From assembly GCA_963746505.1 (NCBI GenBank), contig CAVVBN010000014.1, forward strand, positions 72,823 to 136,822: DNA of 64,000 bases, written 5' to 3'. The DNA comes from an uncultured delta proteobacterium (GTDB lineage Bacteria > Desulfobacterota > Binatia > DP-6). Positions 19,556-31,200 of the stretch are shown here, one piece after another. Under the pieces are notes generated by a model, which saw only the letters and a list, made by a program, of their open reading frames with translations, was not told where the DNA came from and made no database searches. The position numbers were made by a program, and so were the translations under genes. Within the stretch, counting starts at the first letter, position 1, and every line of letters begins with the position of its first letter.

Positions 19556-20189
19556 TCAGGAATCGACCATGCGCATCACATCCATCGCCGTTCCGTCGGG
19601 GGCGGGAACCTCGGTGACGCGCTCGTCGACGTCGTCGTACTCGAGGCGCAGCGCCCGGCAGATCGTGGCGTGCATCTCGTACAGGGTGGTGACGTAGGTG
19701 AGCTCGAGGATCTGCTCGTCGTCGAGGTGGCTCTTGAGGGCGACGAAGACGCCGTCGGGCGTGCGACCGCCGTCGAGGACCAGGCAGTCGGTGTAGGCGA
19801 GCACGGCACGTTCGGCCGGCGTGAACACGTCGGCGGTCTGCCAATGGGGAACGGCCGCGATCCGCCCGTCGTCGATCCCGACCGCGCGCGCCGCCTTGCA
19901 GTGCTGCGAGAACACGAACCGCGAGCCGCGCGCCCAGCCGGCCCGCAGCTGCCCCAGCTCGCGCAGCTTCGGATCGAGCTTGCGATCGGCGCTCCGGTAG
20001 AGCTGGAAGCCGAGCACCGCGTGGCGAAAGCAGTCCGGCGACAGCGCGAAGACCGTCCACCAGTTGCCCGGCGACCCGGTGTCCGTCCCGGGCTCGCGCA
20101 CCGGATCCCGGTCACCGAACAACATCTGGTAGATCTGACGAACGAAGGGATCCGCCTCGTCGCGAGGCACCTCACGTAGCCGCGGCATC
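19556..20189 (-). CDS. Carboxymuconolactone decarboxylase (AhpD-like) family protein
   Basis: CMD-domain pattern with FSQHCKAARAVG (a Cys-x3-His-like motif). Confidence 0.7.
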
Positions 20190-20397
20190 GCCCGTGTGTA
20201 GACCACCCGGTCCGCGCAGGCCAGCGGCCGCAGTGACACGGGTGTCTGCCTGCCGATGGTCTGCGATACCCGATCGAACCGCTGGGGACAGTCGGGCCAC
20301 ACTCACAGAGCGGTGGCTGGGAGAGGCTCGGGACGCGTGCGCTCCCCGCGAGCGGCTCGTCGTCCGGCTCGGCGAAGCGCACGCGTCCGAGGTTGTG

Positions 20398-21015
20398 CTA
20401 CTGGAGCGTCAGCGTGCCGATGCCGATGTTGAGGGCCTTTACGCCGGTCGTGGATCCACACAGCGCGCCGATCGCGCCGACATCCTGCGTCGTGATGATG
20501 GTCGCCGTGGAGGTCGCACCGCCGTCGCCGCCGGTGAACGATCCCGAGACCGAGAGCGCCGCTCCCGGGGGGTTGCCAAGTTGGAACTGGCCGTAGACCG
20601 CGGGAACCAGCCCGGTGAAGAGACCGCCGACTGCGGACCCGGAATTGATCTGGATCGTGCTGGTGGCGTTGATCAGGCCGGGGGTCGCCTTCCACTTGAC
20701 CGTGATCGTCCCCGTGTTGGTCGTCGGACCGACCAGCCCGGCGCAGCTGTTGGTGCCGCCGGTCAGCGTCCCCTTGAAGCTGCCGGAGATGCTCGTGACA
20801 CCCGGCGCGTTCGTGGTGCAGCCGCTGAGCCCCCCCTTGATGGTGACGGTGGTCGGTAACGTTCCGCCAGTCACCAGCGAGGGCTTGAGCCCGATCACGG
20901 CCTTGGTGAGACTCGAGCAGGTGATCGTCGAGTTCGATGCATCGACGGTGCCTGCGGCATGGGCCGTGGCGGCGAGACAGAGCGCGGCCACGGGCAGGAA
21001 GAACAACCTCTTCAT
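20398..21015 (-). CDS. Secreted Gly/Thr/Ser-rich hypothetical protein
   Basis: Signal peptide MKRLFFLPVAALCLAATAHA. ATG at 21015 has a GAGGAGG RBS. No recognisable domain. Confidence 0.55.
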   Translation of the reverse strand: MKRLFFLPVAALCLAATAHAAGTVDASNSTITCSSLTKAVIGLKPSLVTGGTLPTTVTIKGGLSGCTTNAPGVTSISGSFKGTLTGGTNSCAGLVGPTTNTGTITVKWKATPGLINATSTIQINSGSAVGGLFTGLVPAVYGQFQLGNPPGAALSVSGSFTGGDGGATSTATIITTQDVGAIGALCGSTTGVKALNIGIGTLTLQ

Positions 21016-21268
21016 CGATGAGACCTCCTCGTTGGGCGGGGAGCGACGTTGCTCCGGGCCGGTGAGCGCATTACCGCCGTGTCCAGCCTGCTGGCAAGGA
21101 AATTCCGCCGCCAGACGCACGGCGTCAACGACGCGGGCCGTACGAATGACAACCCACTCTCGGCTCCCCTACCCCGGCCCCCGGCTCCCGCGGACTCTGC
21201 ACCAGCGACGACACCGGACGCCCCGGCCGCAGCGACCCACCTTCGGCACGTCACTCGCTAGGAGGCAT

Positions 21269-21470
21269 GCCCCCGGGCGCGAAGCGATGGCTCTTCGACG
21301 GCTCGGCACGGGTCTACGATCTCCCGCTGGTTCAGCGCGTCGTCTACTAGCCCCGGCAGGACGCTGTCGTCGCGGCGCTCGGTGCGGTGCCGTGTCACGC
21401 GATCCTCGACCTCGGATGCGGAACCGGCCAGACGATCCTGACCACCGGGATCATCCGCGAAGTCGTCCTG
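21269..21470 (+). pseudogene. Remnant of a class I SAM-dependent methyltransferase (in-frame TAG, then loss of reading frame)
   Basis: Encodes MPPGAKRWLFDGSARVYDLPLVQRVVY-TAG-PRQDAVVAALGAVPCHAILDLGCGTGQTIL.... The MTase N-terminus and motif I are intact but split by an amber codon. The sequence degenerates after motif I. Confidence 0.45.
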
Positions 21471-21618
21471 ACCCGCCAGACTCGGACCCGACGACCGCCG
21501 TGGTCTTTTCCCCGCAGCTCGCGCCGCGACCCTATTGACGAGGGATCCGAACCGAGGTTAACGGAGCGTGGGTTTCATCGGCCGCGCTGAGCGCGGGAGC
21601 AGGAAGAGGGAGTATCGC

Positions 21619-22098
21619 ATGCAGGCGCTTCCATTGGTCTTCGTTGCGATGGGCGACGACCTTCCCCGGCATCTCGTCGCGGCCGGCCTCACCCGCGACG
21701 GTTACGACGTGACGCCGGTCGCGACCATGGCCGGCCTCCTCGAACGGATGACCTTCGAGCTGTCCCTGGCGCGTCGCTGCGGAAGAGACTTCGTGGTGCT
21801 CGCCGACGCGCGGTTCCCGTCGTTCTCGGCGGTGGACCTGCTGGAGCTGCTCCGCAATGCCGGCCAGCGCGCTCCGGTGATTCTGGTCGGCGACCTGCGC
21901 GAGGAAGACACCTCGCGTGCCCTCGATGCGATCCTGTTGCCCGGCCGCATCAATGTGGCCGACGTGCGGACGGCCGTCGAGCATGCGGTGGCGACGGCGC
22001 GGCCCCCCGACGACCGCGATCGGCTACCGCCTCGGCCGGCGCCACGCGGCGATGTGCCGCTGCTTCCACTGCCCGTGGCGCGAACGGTTCGCGGCTGA
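21619..22098 (+). CDS. Receiver-like (pseudo-receiver) domain protein
   Basis: CheY-like layout (LVFVAMGDDL, VVLADARFP, VILVGDL) but no conserved Lys. It sits immediately upstream of the cytochrome gene. Confidence 0.45.
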   Translation: MQALPLVFVAMGDDLPRHLVAAGLTRDGYDVTPVATMAGLLERMTFELSLARRCGRDFVVLADARFPSFSAVDLLELLRNAGQRAPVILVGDLREEDTSRALDAILLPGRINVADVRTAVEHAVATARPPDDRDRLPPRPAPRGDVPLLPLPVARTVRG

Positions 22099-22133
22099 GC
22101 GGCCCCGTCCGGCTGTTCGCGCGGCGCCCCGCG

Positions 22134-24038
22134 ATGCGTGACCCGCAACGGCGGTGCCGTGGACGGGGAGTCGTCCTCGGGCTGCTCCTGCTCGCCTCGA
22201 CGCCGGCCCGAGGCGCGGAAGAACTCGGCAACGACGTCTGCCTCGCCTGCCACGATGCAGACGACCTGACCGGCACGGCGGCGCACCGGATCGCTCGAGT
22301 GCGGGGCGACGCCTACGGCAAGGCGGCTCACGGGGCGCTGCCGTGCGCGGCGTGCCACGCCGACGTCGCCGTGGTCCCGCACGAAACACCACCGGCAACG
22401 GTCGGCACGGCGCCCTGTGCGACCTGTCACGAGGACGCGGTCACGGCCTACCAGCGAAGCGTCCATGGCGGAGCCAATGGCCGCGGCGGGACGGGGACGG
22501 CGACATGCGCCGACTGTCACGGCGACGTGCACGCGATCGTGCCGGAGCGCGAGCCGACGTCGCCCGTCCACTGGTCGCGGCTGGCCGACACGTGCGCCCA
22601 TTGCCATGGCGACGTCAGCGCCGCTGATGGGCGGCGGGTTCCGGTCGTGCGGCCGGTCGAGGCATATCTGCAGAGCGCGCACGCGCGCGCCGTCCACGAG
22701 GGGCGGCGGGGGGCGGTGTGCTCCGACTGCCACGGCTCGCATGGCATCTTCCGTGGCAGCGACCCGCAGTCGACCATCTGGCGGGCCAACGTCCCGGGAA
22801 CCTGCGGCACATGCCACGCCCAGATTCTGGCCGCGTACGAGGCCAGCGTGCATGGCGAGGCATTGGCGCACGGGCTGCGCGACGCGCCGGTGTGCACCGA
22901 CTGTCACGGTGAGCACCGCATCCTCAGCGCGAGCGAGCCCGCGTCGCCGGTGTTCGCGGCCAACATCCCCGGGGAGACGTGCGGCCGCTGTCACGCGAAC
23001 GAACGCCTGAGCGCGAAGTACGGCCTGTCGTTCGGCAAGGTCTCCGCGTTCCAGGACAGCTATCACGGCCTCGCGCTACGGGCCGGGCAGCTGACGGTGG
23101 CGAACTGCTCGAGCTGCCACGGCGTGCACGACATCCGTCCCTCGAGCGATCCGCGCTCGCACGTCCATCCCGCGAACCTCGGCCAGACCTGTGGCAAATG
23201 CCATCCCGGGGCCGGCTCGCAGTTCCAGCTCGGCTTGGTGCACGGCGGGCCCGCGTCCACGGGTGCGGTGGCAACCTGGTGGATCCGGGGCGTCTATCTC
23301 TGGCTGATCGGCCTCGTGATCGGTGGGATGACCGCCCACAACCTCCTCGACCTCGCACGCAAGGCCCGGTCCCCCGTTCCCGCGCCGCCGGGGGTCCCCG
23401 GGAATCAGCCGGAGCGCATGACGCGCGCGCTGCGCTGGCAGCACGGTCTGGTGATGCTGACGTTCCCGGTGCTCGTCTACACCGGCTTCGCGCTCACGTA
23501 CCCGGAGAGCTGGTGGGCGGCGCCCTTCCTGCGGTGGGAGGCCGCGTGGGGGCTTCGCGGGCGACTTCATCGGATCGCGGCGGTCGTCATGATGGTACGC
23601 GCTCGCGTGGCATCTCGTCCACCTTGCGATCAGCCGCCCCTTGCGGAGCTGCATGCGCGCCGTGCTGCCCTCGATGCACGACGTTCGGGCGCTGCTCGGC
23701 ACGCTGGCATATCACCTCGGGCGGCGCACCGGTCCACCGCACTCCGGCACGTTCAACTACGCCGAGAAGGCGGAGTACTGGGCCTTCCTCTGGGGTACGG
23801 TGCTGATGGCCGGGACGGGGCTTCTCCTCTGGTTCGAGAACGCGACGCTCCGGTGGCTGCCCGGCTGGGTCCCGGAGGTCGCCACCGCCATCCACTTCTG
23901 GGAGGCCGTGCTCGCCACCCTCGCGATCGTGGTGTGGCACCTCTACTGGGTGATCTTCGACCCGGTCGTCTATCCGATGGACTGGACATGGTGGACCGGG
24001 CGCCCACCGGCTGCGCGCGTCCACGAGCGTCTGGCTGA
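22134..24038 (+). CDS. Multihaem cytochrome c (11 CXXCH) fused to a cytochrome b-type 5-TM domain; frame broken near 23590
   Basis: 11 CXXCH motifs between 22240 and 23210. TM1-TM2 of a b-type domain (His in TAHNLLD and WQHGLVM) lie in frame 1. The continuation (WYALAWHLVHLAISRP...AIHFWEAVLATLAIVVWHLYWVIFDP) runs in the +1 frame from about 23593 (ORF 23641-24075). Confidence 0.75.
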   Translation: MRDPQRRCRGRGVVLGLLLLASTPARGAEELGNDVCLACHDADDLTGTAAHRIARVRGDAYGKAAHGALPCAACHADVAVVPHETPPATVGTAPCATCHEDAVTAYQRSVHGGANGRGGTGTATCADCHGDVHAIVPEREPTSPVHWSRLADTCAHCHGDVSAADGRRVPVVRPVEAYLQSAHARAVHEGRRGAVCSDCHGSHGIFRGSDPQSTIWRANVPGTCGTCHAQILAAYEASVHGEALAHGLRDAPVCTDCHGEHRILSASEPASPVFAANIPGETCGRCHANERLSAKYGLSFGKVSAFQDSYHGLALRAGQLTVANCSSCHGVHDIRPSSDPRSHVHPANLGQTCGKCHPGAGSQFQLGLVHGGPASTGAVATWWIRGVYLWLIGLVIGGMTAHNLLDLARKARSPVPAPPGVPGNQPERMTRALRWQHGLVMLTFPVLVYTGFALTYPESWWAAPFLRWEAAWGLRGRLHRIAAVVMMVRARVASRPPCDQPPLAELHARRAALDARRSGAARHAGISPRAAHRSTALRHVQLRREGGVLGLPLGYGADGRDGASPLVRERDAPVAARLGPGGRHRHPLLGGRARHPRDRGVAPLLGDLRPGRLSDGLDMVDRAPTGCARPRASG

Positions 24039-24071
24039 GGACGCGCCGCTCTCGCCGGACGACGTCGAGGG

Positions 24072-24840
24072 CTAGGGGCCCGGCCGATGCTCCATGATGC
24101 CCGCCTCCTCGTCGAGGGCCTTGGCGAGCTTGATCAGGTCGTGGCTCTGCTGCAGAACCCGGTCCATCGCGAAGGTGTGCCATTTGAGCTGGATGTCGCG
24201 ATAGTCACGCTCGAGAGCCTCGAGACGCGGACGCGCCTCCTTGCGCCAGGACGCCTCGCTCCGCGCCGAAGCGTCCAGGGTATGGCGCGTCCGCCAGAGC
24301 TGCATCTTCGCGGTCGAGAGAACCGCGAGCGCCGCCTGCGCCTTCATCGGCTTCTGGTGACAGACGGCACAGCGTGCGGCGAGCTCCGTAGGTGAGGGAT
24401 AGCTGATCGCCATCGCGCCGTGGCACGTGAGGCAGGTGGCGCCCTTGCCATGGGCGGCGAGCTCACGCGCGTGGACGGTTTGCGCGTAGGCCGCGAGCTC
24501 GTTCGGGTGACACGCGCCGCAGGTGGCCGGGAGCCGGGTCGCGTGGATGAGGCTCGCGGGATCACTGGCTAGCAGGACGCTGCGGTGGGCGACCTCGGCG
24601 GTGGCGGCGTGCGGATCACCCCCATGGCACTTCTCGCAGCCCACGCCCGCCTTCCCGTGGGCGGATCCCTGCCACTCCTGGAAGCTGTGGCCGAGCGCGA
24701 TCGGCAGCACGTCCCCCTGGTGGCAGGCGACGCACTGGTTCGTCGACGGCTCCTCCGCTGCCCCCACCCCACCCGCGAGCGCGAGCACGAGCGCCAGCAA
24801 TAGCGCCTCGGAACGAACGGAGATGTGGAGGCACGTCATC
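24072..24840 (-). CDS. Pentahaem c-type cytochrome (secreted)
   Basis: Signal peptide plus five CXXCH motifs (CVACH, CEKCH, CGACH, CLTCH, CAVCH). ATG at 24840. Confidence 0.8.
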
Positions 24841-25241
24841 GGATACCCTCGGCTCGCCTGCCGCTCAGCGCACGTCGCGGATGCCTCCGCAGCTATGCCG
24901 CGAACCCGGGCGCTGTCAACGCGCCGGCGGCCGCCAGGGCCAAGCGTCCCCCCCCCGGGGCGCAAGGGACGGCGGACGGGCCTCCTCGCCCCTCTGGCCC
25001 CTCGCCAACGGGCGTGGACCCGTCCGACCTTCGCAACACGCCAGCGGTGATCTTCGCATCCACGTTCCCAGCACCGAGATGCCCTCCCCATCCCGTCCTC
25101 GCCGCTGCGAAGTCTCCGCGGGGATATGGACGAGCGTCGGTCGGCGTGAGATGGTTCGTCTATTGCATCCTGGACATGGCCACACGCCCGCGGCCGAACA
25201 CCTGGAACACTGACCGACTCATGACGGAGGGGGACTAGTCG

Positions 25242-26498
25242 ATGTCGATATCCCGTCTGGTATTTTCCATGGCCGCGGGGCTCGGGCTCTTCGCTGCGGT
25301 CGCAGGCGCACAGGTGTCGCCCGGGGATAAGATCACCGACGCGAATGCGGACAAGGTGAAGAACCTGGTCTCGCCCGGCGTCGACTGGTGCGTCCGGCGC
25401 GGGCAGCCGATCACGATCGGGGAGACCAAGAGGATCGAGTGGCCGAAGGCGTACAAGGAGGCGACGGAGAAGTACGGCGGGCAGGTGAAGCTCTCGGCCG
25501 ACGGGTTGCAGGTCCAGCACTACGTAGCCGGTCAGCCCTTCCCCACCCTCGATCCGAAGGATCCGCAGTTCGCGCTGAAGCTCATGTGGAACTTCGACTT
25601 CGGCTGGGTGAAGGGAACCGACGACAGCGACCTGCGGAACTTCGACGCCGACACGGGCACGGTTCCCGCCAAGGGTCCGATGTCGGTCGAGCGCCACTTC
25701 CTGCTCGACCACCTGCGCCGCTTGTACTGGACCGGGCGACTGTACGTCGACCCGAAACCCGACAAGCCGAATCCGAACGGCTATCGCGCTCAGCAGGGAC
25801 TCTACCCGATCCTCGAGCCATTCGACCTGAAGGGCGTCGGCGCGCTCGGCAACCGTTACGTGGACTCGGGGAAGTCGGACGACTCGTGGCTGTATCTCCC
25901 GTCGCTCCGTCGCGTGCGCCGGCTCTCGACCGCGCAGCGGTCCGACGCCCTCTTCGGCCAGGACACCGATGTCGACAGCTATGACGGCTATGCCGGGCAG
26001 ATCAGCTGGATGGACTGGAAGTTCCTCGGGGAGAAGGAGATGATCGGCGTGATGCACGCGCAGAACTTCCCCGTGAAGTGGGCCACCCCGGCCGATTGGG
26101 CCTTCGACGAGATCTGGGAGAAGCGCAATGTCTGGGTCGTGGAGGGCGTCTCGAAGCTTCCCCAGTACGCCTACTCGAAGCGCGTGCTCTTCATCGACAA
26201 GGAGACGCTCGGCGTTCTCTACTCGGACATCTACGACCGTTCGGGCGAGCTCTGGAAGGTCTGGATCAACGACTACAGCTTCCGCAAGAGCGTACCGGGC
26301 GGCATTGTGTATGACGACGAGATGCCGTTCCTGCCGTCGATCATGATGGTCGACATGCAGCTCGAGCATGCGACCAAGGCGTCGCTGCCGAGTCCCCGTT
26401 TCGCGGGCGAGCAGGGATGGTACTTCCACCAGGGAGAGAAGGTCGGCATCACCGACGACTGGTTCACGGTCGCCGCGCTCGTCGCCGCGGGACATTGA
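25242..26498 (+). CDS. DUF1329-family secreted protein
   Basis: Signal peptide, about 418 aa, with a motif pattern (MWNFDFGW, WLYLPSLRRVRRLS) matching DUF1329 LolA-like outer-membrane associated proteins. ATG at 25242 has a GGAGGGGG RBS. Confidence 0.65.
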   Translation: MSISRLVFSMAAGLGLFAAVAGAQVSPGDKITDANADKVKNLVSPGVDWCVRRGQPITIGETKRIEWPKAYKEATEKYGGQVKLSADGLQVQHYVAGQPFPTLDPKDPQFALKLMWNFDFGWVKGTDDSDLRNFDADTGTVPAKGPMSVERHFLLDHLRRLYWTGRLYVDPKPDKPNPNGYRAQQGLYPILEPFDLKGVGALGNRYVDSGKSDDSWLYLPSLRRVRRLSTAQRSDALFGQDTDVDSYDGYAGQISWMDWKFLGEKEMIGVMHAQNFPVKWATPADWAFDEIWEKRNVWVVEGVSKLPQYAYSKRVLFIDKETLGVLYSDIYDRSGELWKVWINDYSFRKSVPGGIVYDDEMPFLPSIMMVDMQLEHATKASLPSPRFAGEQGWYFHQGEKVGITDDWFTVAALVAAGH

Positions 26499-26782
26499 TC
26501 CACACGTCGCGGGACAGCCGGAGCGGCGGCATACCAGGCAAGGAAAACGACCGCCGCGCCGAGTGCCGGCAGCAGAAGCGCGGCACGAAGCAGGACGTCC
26601 GTAAGGCGCACGACGTAAAACGGGGCGACTGAAACATGCGCGCGGAGGCCTGCGCACGGTCACCGCGCTCGCGATCCCTTTACTCGTGCTTGCGACGAGC
26701 GGTGAGGCACAACCGACGCCTCAGGTGACTTCGTTGCTGGGCATGCTGCCGATTCACTCGAGACGGCCAGAAGCCAGCAGCG

Positions 26783-27987
26783 TCAACGGGCGCTACATGC
26801 GAGAGTGCGCTGCAGCGTCTTGGCGTCCGTACGGATCGCGTCTCCGCCGAGCGCGAGCGGCTCGCGAGCGTCTTCCGGAATCTTCTTGCGGGTCGAATTC
26901 GAGCGCAGCCGATGCGAGAACTGCGCGAGCTTCTTGCCCGTCTGTCGGAGGCGCTTGCGCGCGCGCTTGGTGTTGCCGCTGGTACACTCGGTCTCGGCGG
27001 TCTGGCGGCGGGCGTTGGCCACCTGCAGCGCGTTGACCAGCTTCGCCTGAATGCTCCCGAGCTGGCCCTCCCCCTCGACGGCGACGACGAGCGTCGCGAT
27101 CCGGCAGGCGAGCGATGCGAAGGTCGGGCCGTCGGGGACACCGTCGCAGCTGCCGGCGGGGAGCGTGGTCGACGTGGTACCGATCGTCGGCACGGTCGTG
27201 GTGGTGGTAACCAACGGGTTCTGGCTGCAGCTGTCCGGAATGAAATCCCCGTCGCTGTCCGTAGGATTTGCGCCGCAGAGACTCGGCGATGTGGCGCCGC
27301 CGAACCCGACGCCGAGCGTGCCGGTGCGGGCGAGGCTGCTCGAGTCAGCGACCGTCGTGCTGCCCGGGGGGTCGTCGAAGGTGTAGAGGAGGACCGTGTT
27401 CTGGTCGGCCGTCAGGTTGGGCGACGGCGGTGTGAACGACGCGCCGGTATAGCGCGCTACGTTGCTCAGACGAAGCACGTCAATGAGCCCGATGAAGCCG
27501 TCTCGCGCGGCCCCATCGCGGAAGATCGCGCCGACGTGGCTCGCGCTGCCGTCGCTGTCGTTCACGTCGCCGCTGGCAGCCTGGGACTGAACCAGGGTCC
27601 CGTCGAGGTACAGGCGCTCCTCGCTGCCGTCGTAGACATAGGCGACGTGGTGCCACTGGTCGAGCGAGACGGCCACCGAGGCGGAGACGATTCCACTCGA
27701 CACGCCATAGTTGAACCCCTGGAGTCCTCCCGACGCGCCCGGGATGACGGCGAGGTACTTGTCCTCTTGGAAGTCCTGCCACTCGTTGAATATCCGCGAA
27801 CCACCGTTGTGCGCGCTCGGGTAGAGGACGATGGCTTCGTAGGTGGCCGCCGTTTCAAATACGGTCTCCCCACTGACCTGGATCGTATCCCGCAAGCCGT
27901 TGAAGAGGGCGACCCCGGCCTCCGCGAACGAGGCGATCGCGAAGAGCGCCGCAACCGTGACGAGCAAGAATGTTCCGTGCTTGCTCA
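26783..27987 (-). CDS. Secreted LamG (concanavalin A-like lectin) domain protein
   Basis: Signal peptide. LamG-like core (LDQWHHVAYVYDGSEERLYLDGTLV) followed by a Thr-rich linker and a Cys-containing tail. ATG at 27987 has a GGAGGGG RBS. Confidence 0.65.
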
Positions 27988-28280
27988 TGCGAATCCCCTC
28001 CAGCAGCCCCGCCAGCACCGCAGTTGGCCGACATTCCCAGATGGCTGCTAGCTTCGAATGAAGCCGCCGGCCACCAGGCTCCCTCAAAGTGTAACGCGAG
28101 CTGGACTAGAACTGCAACCGATTTCGAGCCCGCCGTCACCCTCGGTTCGGGGTCGGTGCACGGTGTCGCGACGGGGCACAGTCCCGGCGCGGGCGATGAG
28201 TTCCCGAGGGTTCGCAGTTTTGGTGGCAGTTCGGGAGTGCAGCGCAGGGCATCTAGGCGCACGCAAAGCGCGCAGGTCCT

Positions 28281-31200
28281 TCACGGAATGACGACGGCCT
28301 GCAGCGTGATCGGACTGTGCACGGTGTAGTCGAGCTCGCTCGACTGCAGGACTCCACCAGGCGTCAACACATCGAGGACCTTCGGCACGGTGGTCGGGCC
28401 GACGGTGCAGTGCGGATCGGCGCTCGCGGCCGCGCAGACACCGAAGCTGAACTGACCGGGGGTCGCGGTGAAGGCGCGCGCCAGGTCGGGCGCGAAGCCG
28501 TCCTCGCCGGTGAGTGTGACCGTGAAGCCCCATCCCGAGCCAGCCTGCCCGCCGAGGGAGGAGGCCGGGACGCTGAACGTGATGAACCGGGAGATCGTGT
28601 TCGCGCTGATCGAGATGGTTCCGACGGTGCCTCCGTTGGCGTCGATGTAGCGCTGGCCGAAGCCCTGCACCTCGAGGAGCCGGCTCCACGCTGCCGACGG
28701 GGCGATGACGTAGTTGCGCTGCGAGAACGCGGCTGCGGTCGAGGTGGTGCCCGCGCTCGGATCGTGCACGTAGACGTCCACGAGTTGCGCCCCGAGCGGG
28801 CTCCCGAACGTCGGGGTCAAGTCCCGGACCCGCAGCTTGAACGTGACCGTGGACCCGTTTGGCGAGACGATGACCCGGAAGGCCTGGATGTCGAACGCCC
28901 CGGCATGGAAGTCCGAAAACGTCGGATAGGCGTAGTTTCCCGGGCCATTGTCATCGTTGCTGGGATCGGTGGCGTCCAGGACGACGGTGCCGGCAGTGAT
29001 ATCGACGAGGATCGAACGCTTGTCGTGGGCCGTGTCCCCGTTCGGGCTCACGGCCACGGTGTTGAGAACGGTCGTCCCCGCGCTGGCGGGAACCGCGACG
29101 GTGAAGCTGCCGTCCGGAGCGGCCGTCGTCGCGCCGCTCGTGGTGTCGAAGGTGTCGGTGTTCGTCGCTACCACATACACGCTGTTCCCGGCCGCGGTCA
29201 CGCCGGTGACGGCGAGGGGCGAGCTCTCCACGGGGCTCCCGTCCGCCGGGCTCGTGACCGTGAGGCTCGTCTCGCCCTGCACTCGCGCGACGTAGCGCGA
29301 CGAGGTCGTCGCTGGCAGCTCCAGGAGCTGCCCAGCGCCGAGATCGCCGAGCATCCGGACGAAGGCAGCCGCGGACCAGGTCAGCGGTGAGGCAGAGCCG
29401 GCAGGTTGATCGCTCGTGAAGCCAATCGAGGCCACCGTAGGATCCGTCCCGAACGGCGACGGAGCGAGGTCGGGAAGCTCCCAATCCTGTTCCGGGATCA
29501 GTCCGACACCGCCACCGAAGCTGGCCATTCCATCCACCAGGGTGGCCGCCGTGGTCGCGTCACCGCTCTGCAGGGCGTACGCCGCCCGTTCGGCAGCCAA
29601 GACGGGCCACAGATGGCCGGTGCCCCTACCGCTGGGCGCCCACGGCGCGCCGGTGGTTGCCGCGTCGCCGTACCCGTCCCCGTTGTAGCGGTGCCAGCCC
29701 GGCCCGTTCGGGGTGATGGTCTCCAGCGTCGCATCGACGACGGGCAGGGAACCGCTGATCGCGTCGTCCGTGGCGGCCAGATCGCCGAGCCGCGAGAGCT
29801 CGAGGAAACCCGCGTCGATGACCGCACGCTGGTCGAGCGTGGGACCGCCGTTGCCGACGTTGTACGAGATGGCCGCGTTGGGGTCGCCGGTCTTCGAGAG
29901 GCGGATGAAATACGGGGGCGCGGACAGCGGCCCGTTCGTCGTCACGGTCCAGCTCTTGACCGAGCGCTGGAAATCGTCGGCGACGCCCAGAAAGACCCGG
30001 GCCGACGGCACGTCGCCGTTAGCCTGGGCGAGGTGGGCAGCCGCGACCAGACCCGCGATCTCGGCGGCGATCGTCGAAGGCGAGTAGCCGGACTGCTCCT
30101 CCCAACGCTCGGGGCCGAACGCGGGGCCATGGGCGATCAGGAAATCGGCGGCGCGCCTGACGTGATCCTGGTACAGGGCGGCGTCGGTCATCCCGAGCTG
30201 ATCCGCCATCATGATCGCGTAGGCAGTCTCGTCGAGTTGCGTGCCGAATGAATCGGGCGCGGGCATGCCGTTGACGAGGCTGTTCCGCGGCATCGAACCG
30301 TCCGCCTGTTGCTGGCGACCGAAGAGGAAGTCGACCGTGTCGCGTGCCGTGTCGAGGTCCCCTGCCACGAGGAGCGCCGTCCAGGCCTGGTAGAGATCAC
30401 GGGCGAAAACTTCCCGGTAGGACCCGAAGAAGGTGCTGCCCGGATCTCCCGCCGAGATCGCCTGGCCCCAGGGCGCGGCGAGGCTGGCGACGATCGCGCC
30501 CGGGAAGGTCTTGTCCTCGGCAGCCTTCACGAGGTTGGCGCTCAGGTAGTAGACGTCGCGGAGCGCGCGGACACGCTTTCTCTTGATGCCGGGAAGCGAC
30601 GTCGGCGGGCGAACCAGCGAGTCGTCGTACGCCTTCCACCCCTGCCGGTAGGCCCTCCGCGCTGCCGGGAAGCCCGCGGCGATGGAGTCGTGCGCCGCGG
30701 AGACGGCCTCTGCCTGCGTCGCGCCGAAGCCGAGCGCGAGCGTGACGGCCCCGCGCTCGTGCCGCAGATTGACCGGCGCCGTCACGACGACGTTACCAAG
30801 AAGCGCGTCGGTGAACGGGTTGAACAGGAAGCCCGCGAAGTCGAGCTGGGCAAGCCCGTCGCTCCCCGCATTGGCGAAACCCACGGTGGCGTCGTTGAGC
30901 GGCCTCGATGCGTCCAGCGCCAGGAACACCGGCTGCGCGTAGTCGCGGTGGGCGGCGTTCGTCGCCGTCACCGTGTCGAACGCCACGGGAACCGAATGGC
31001 CAGTGGACGTGTCAATGGTGAACGAGTCGGCGCCGCCGTTCGCCACCTCCCCACCGCCGTTGCCGTTCACGGAGGGATCGAGACGGACGTAGAGCCGAAG
31101 GTTCGGGACGTGCGGCTTGAAACGTACGGCCATGAGCAGCGTGTTCGCACTCGGGTCGGTCACGTAGTCGGTCACGATCTGGTACGCGCCTCCCCTCCCC

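Noticed and set aside
24840-26663. Upstream 600-aa portion of the 863-aa minus-strand ORF 24072-26663
   Set aside because: Only the 3' 256 codons (the pentahaem cytochrome) look real. The rest is the antisense of the DUF1329 gene and is low-complexity.
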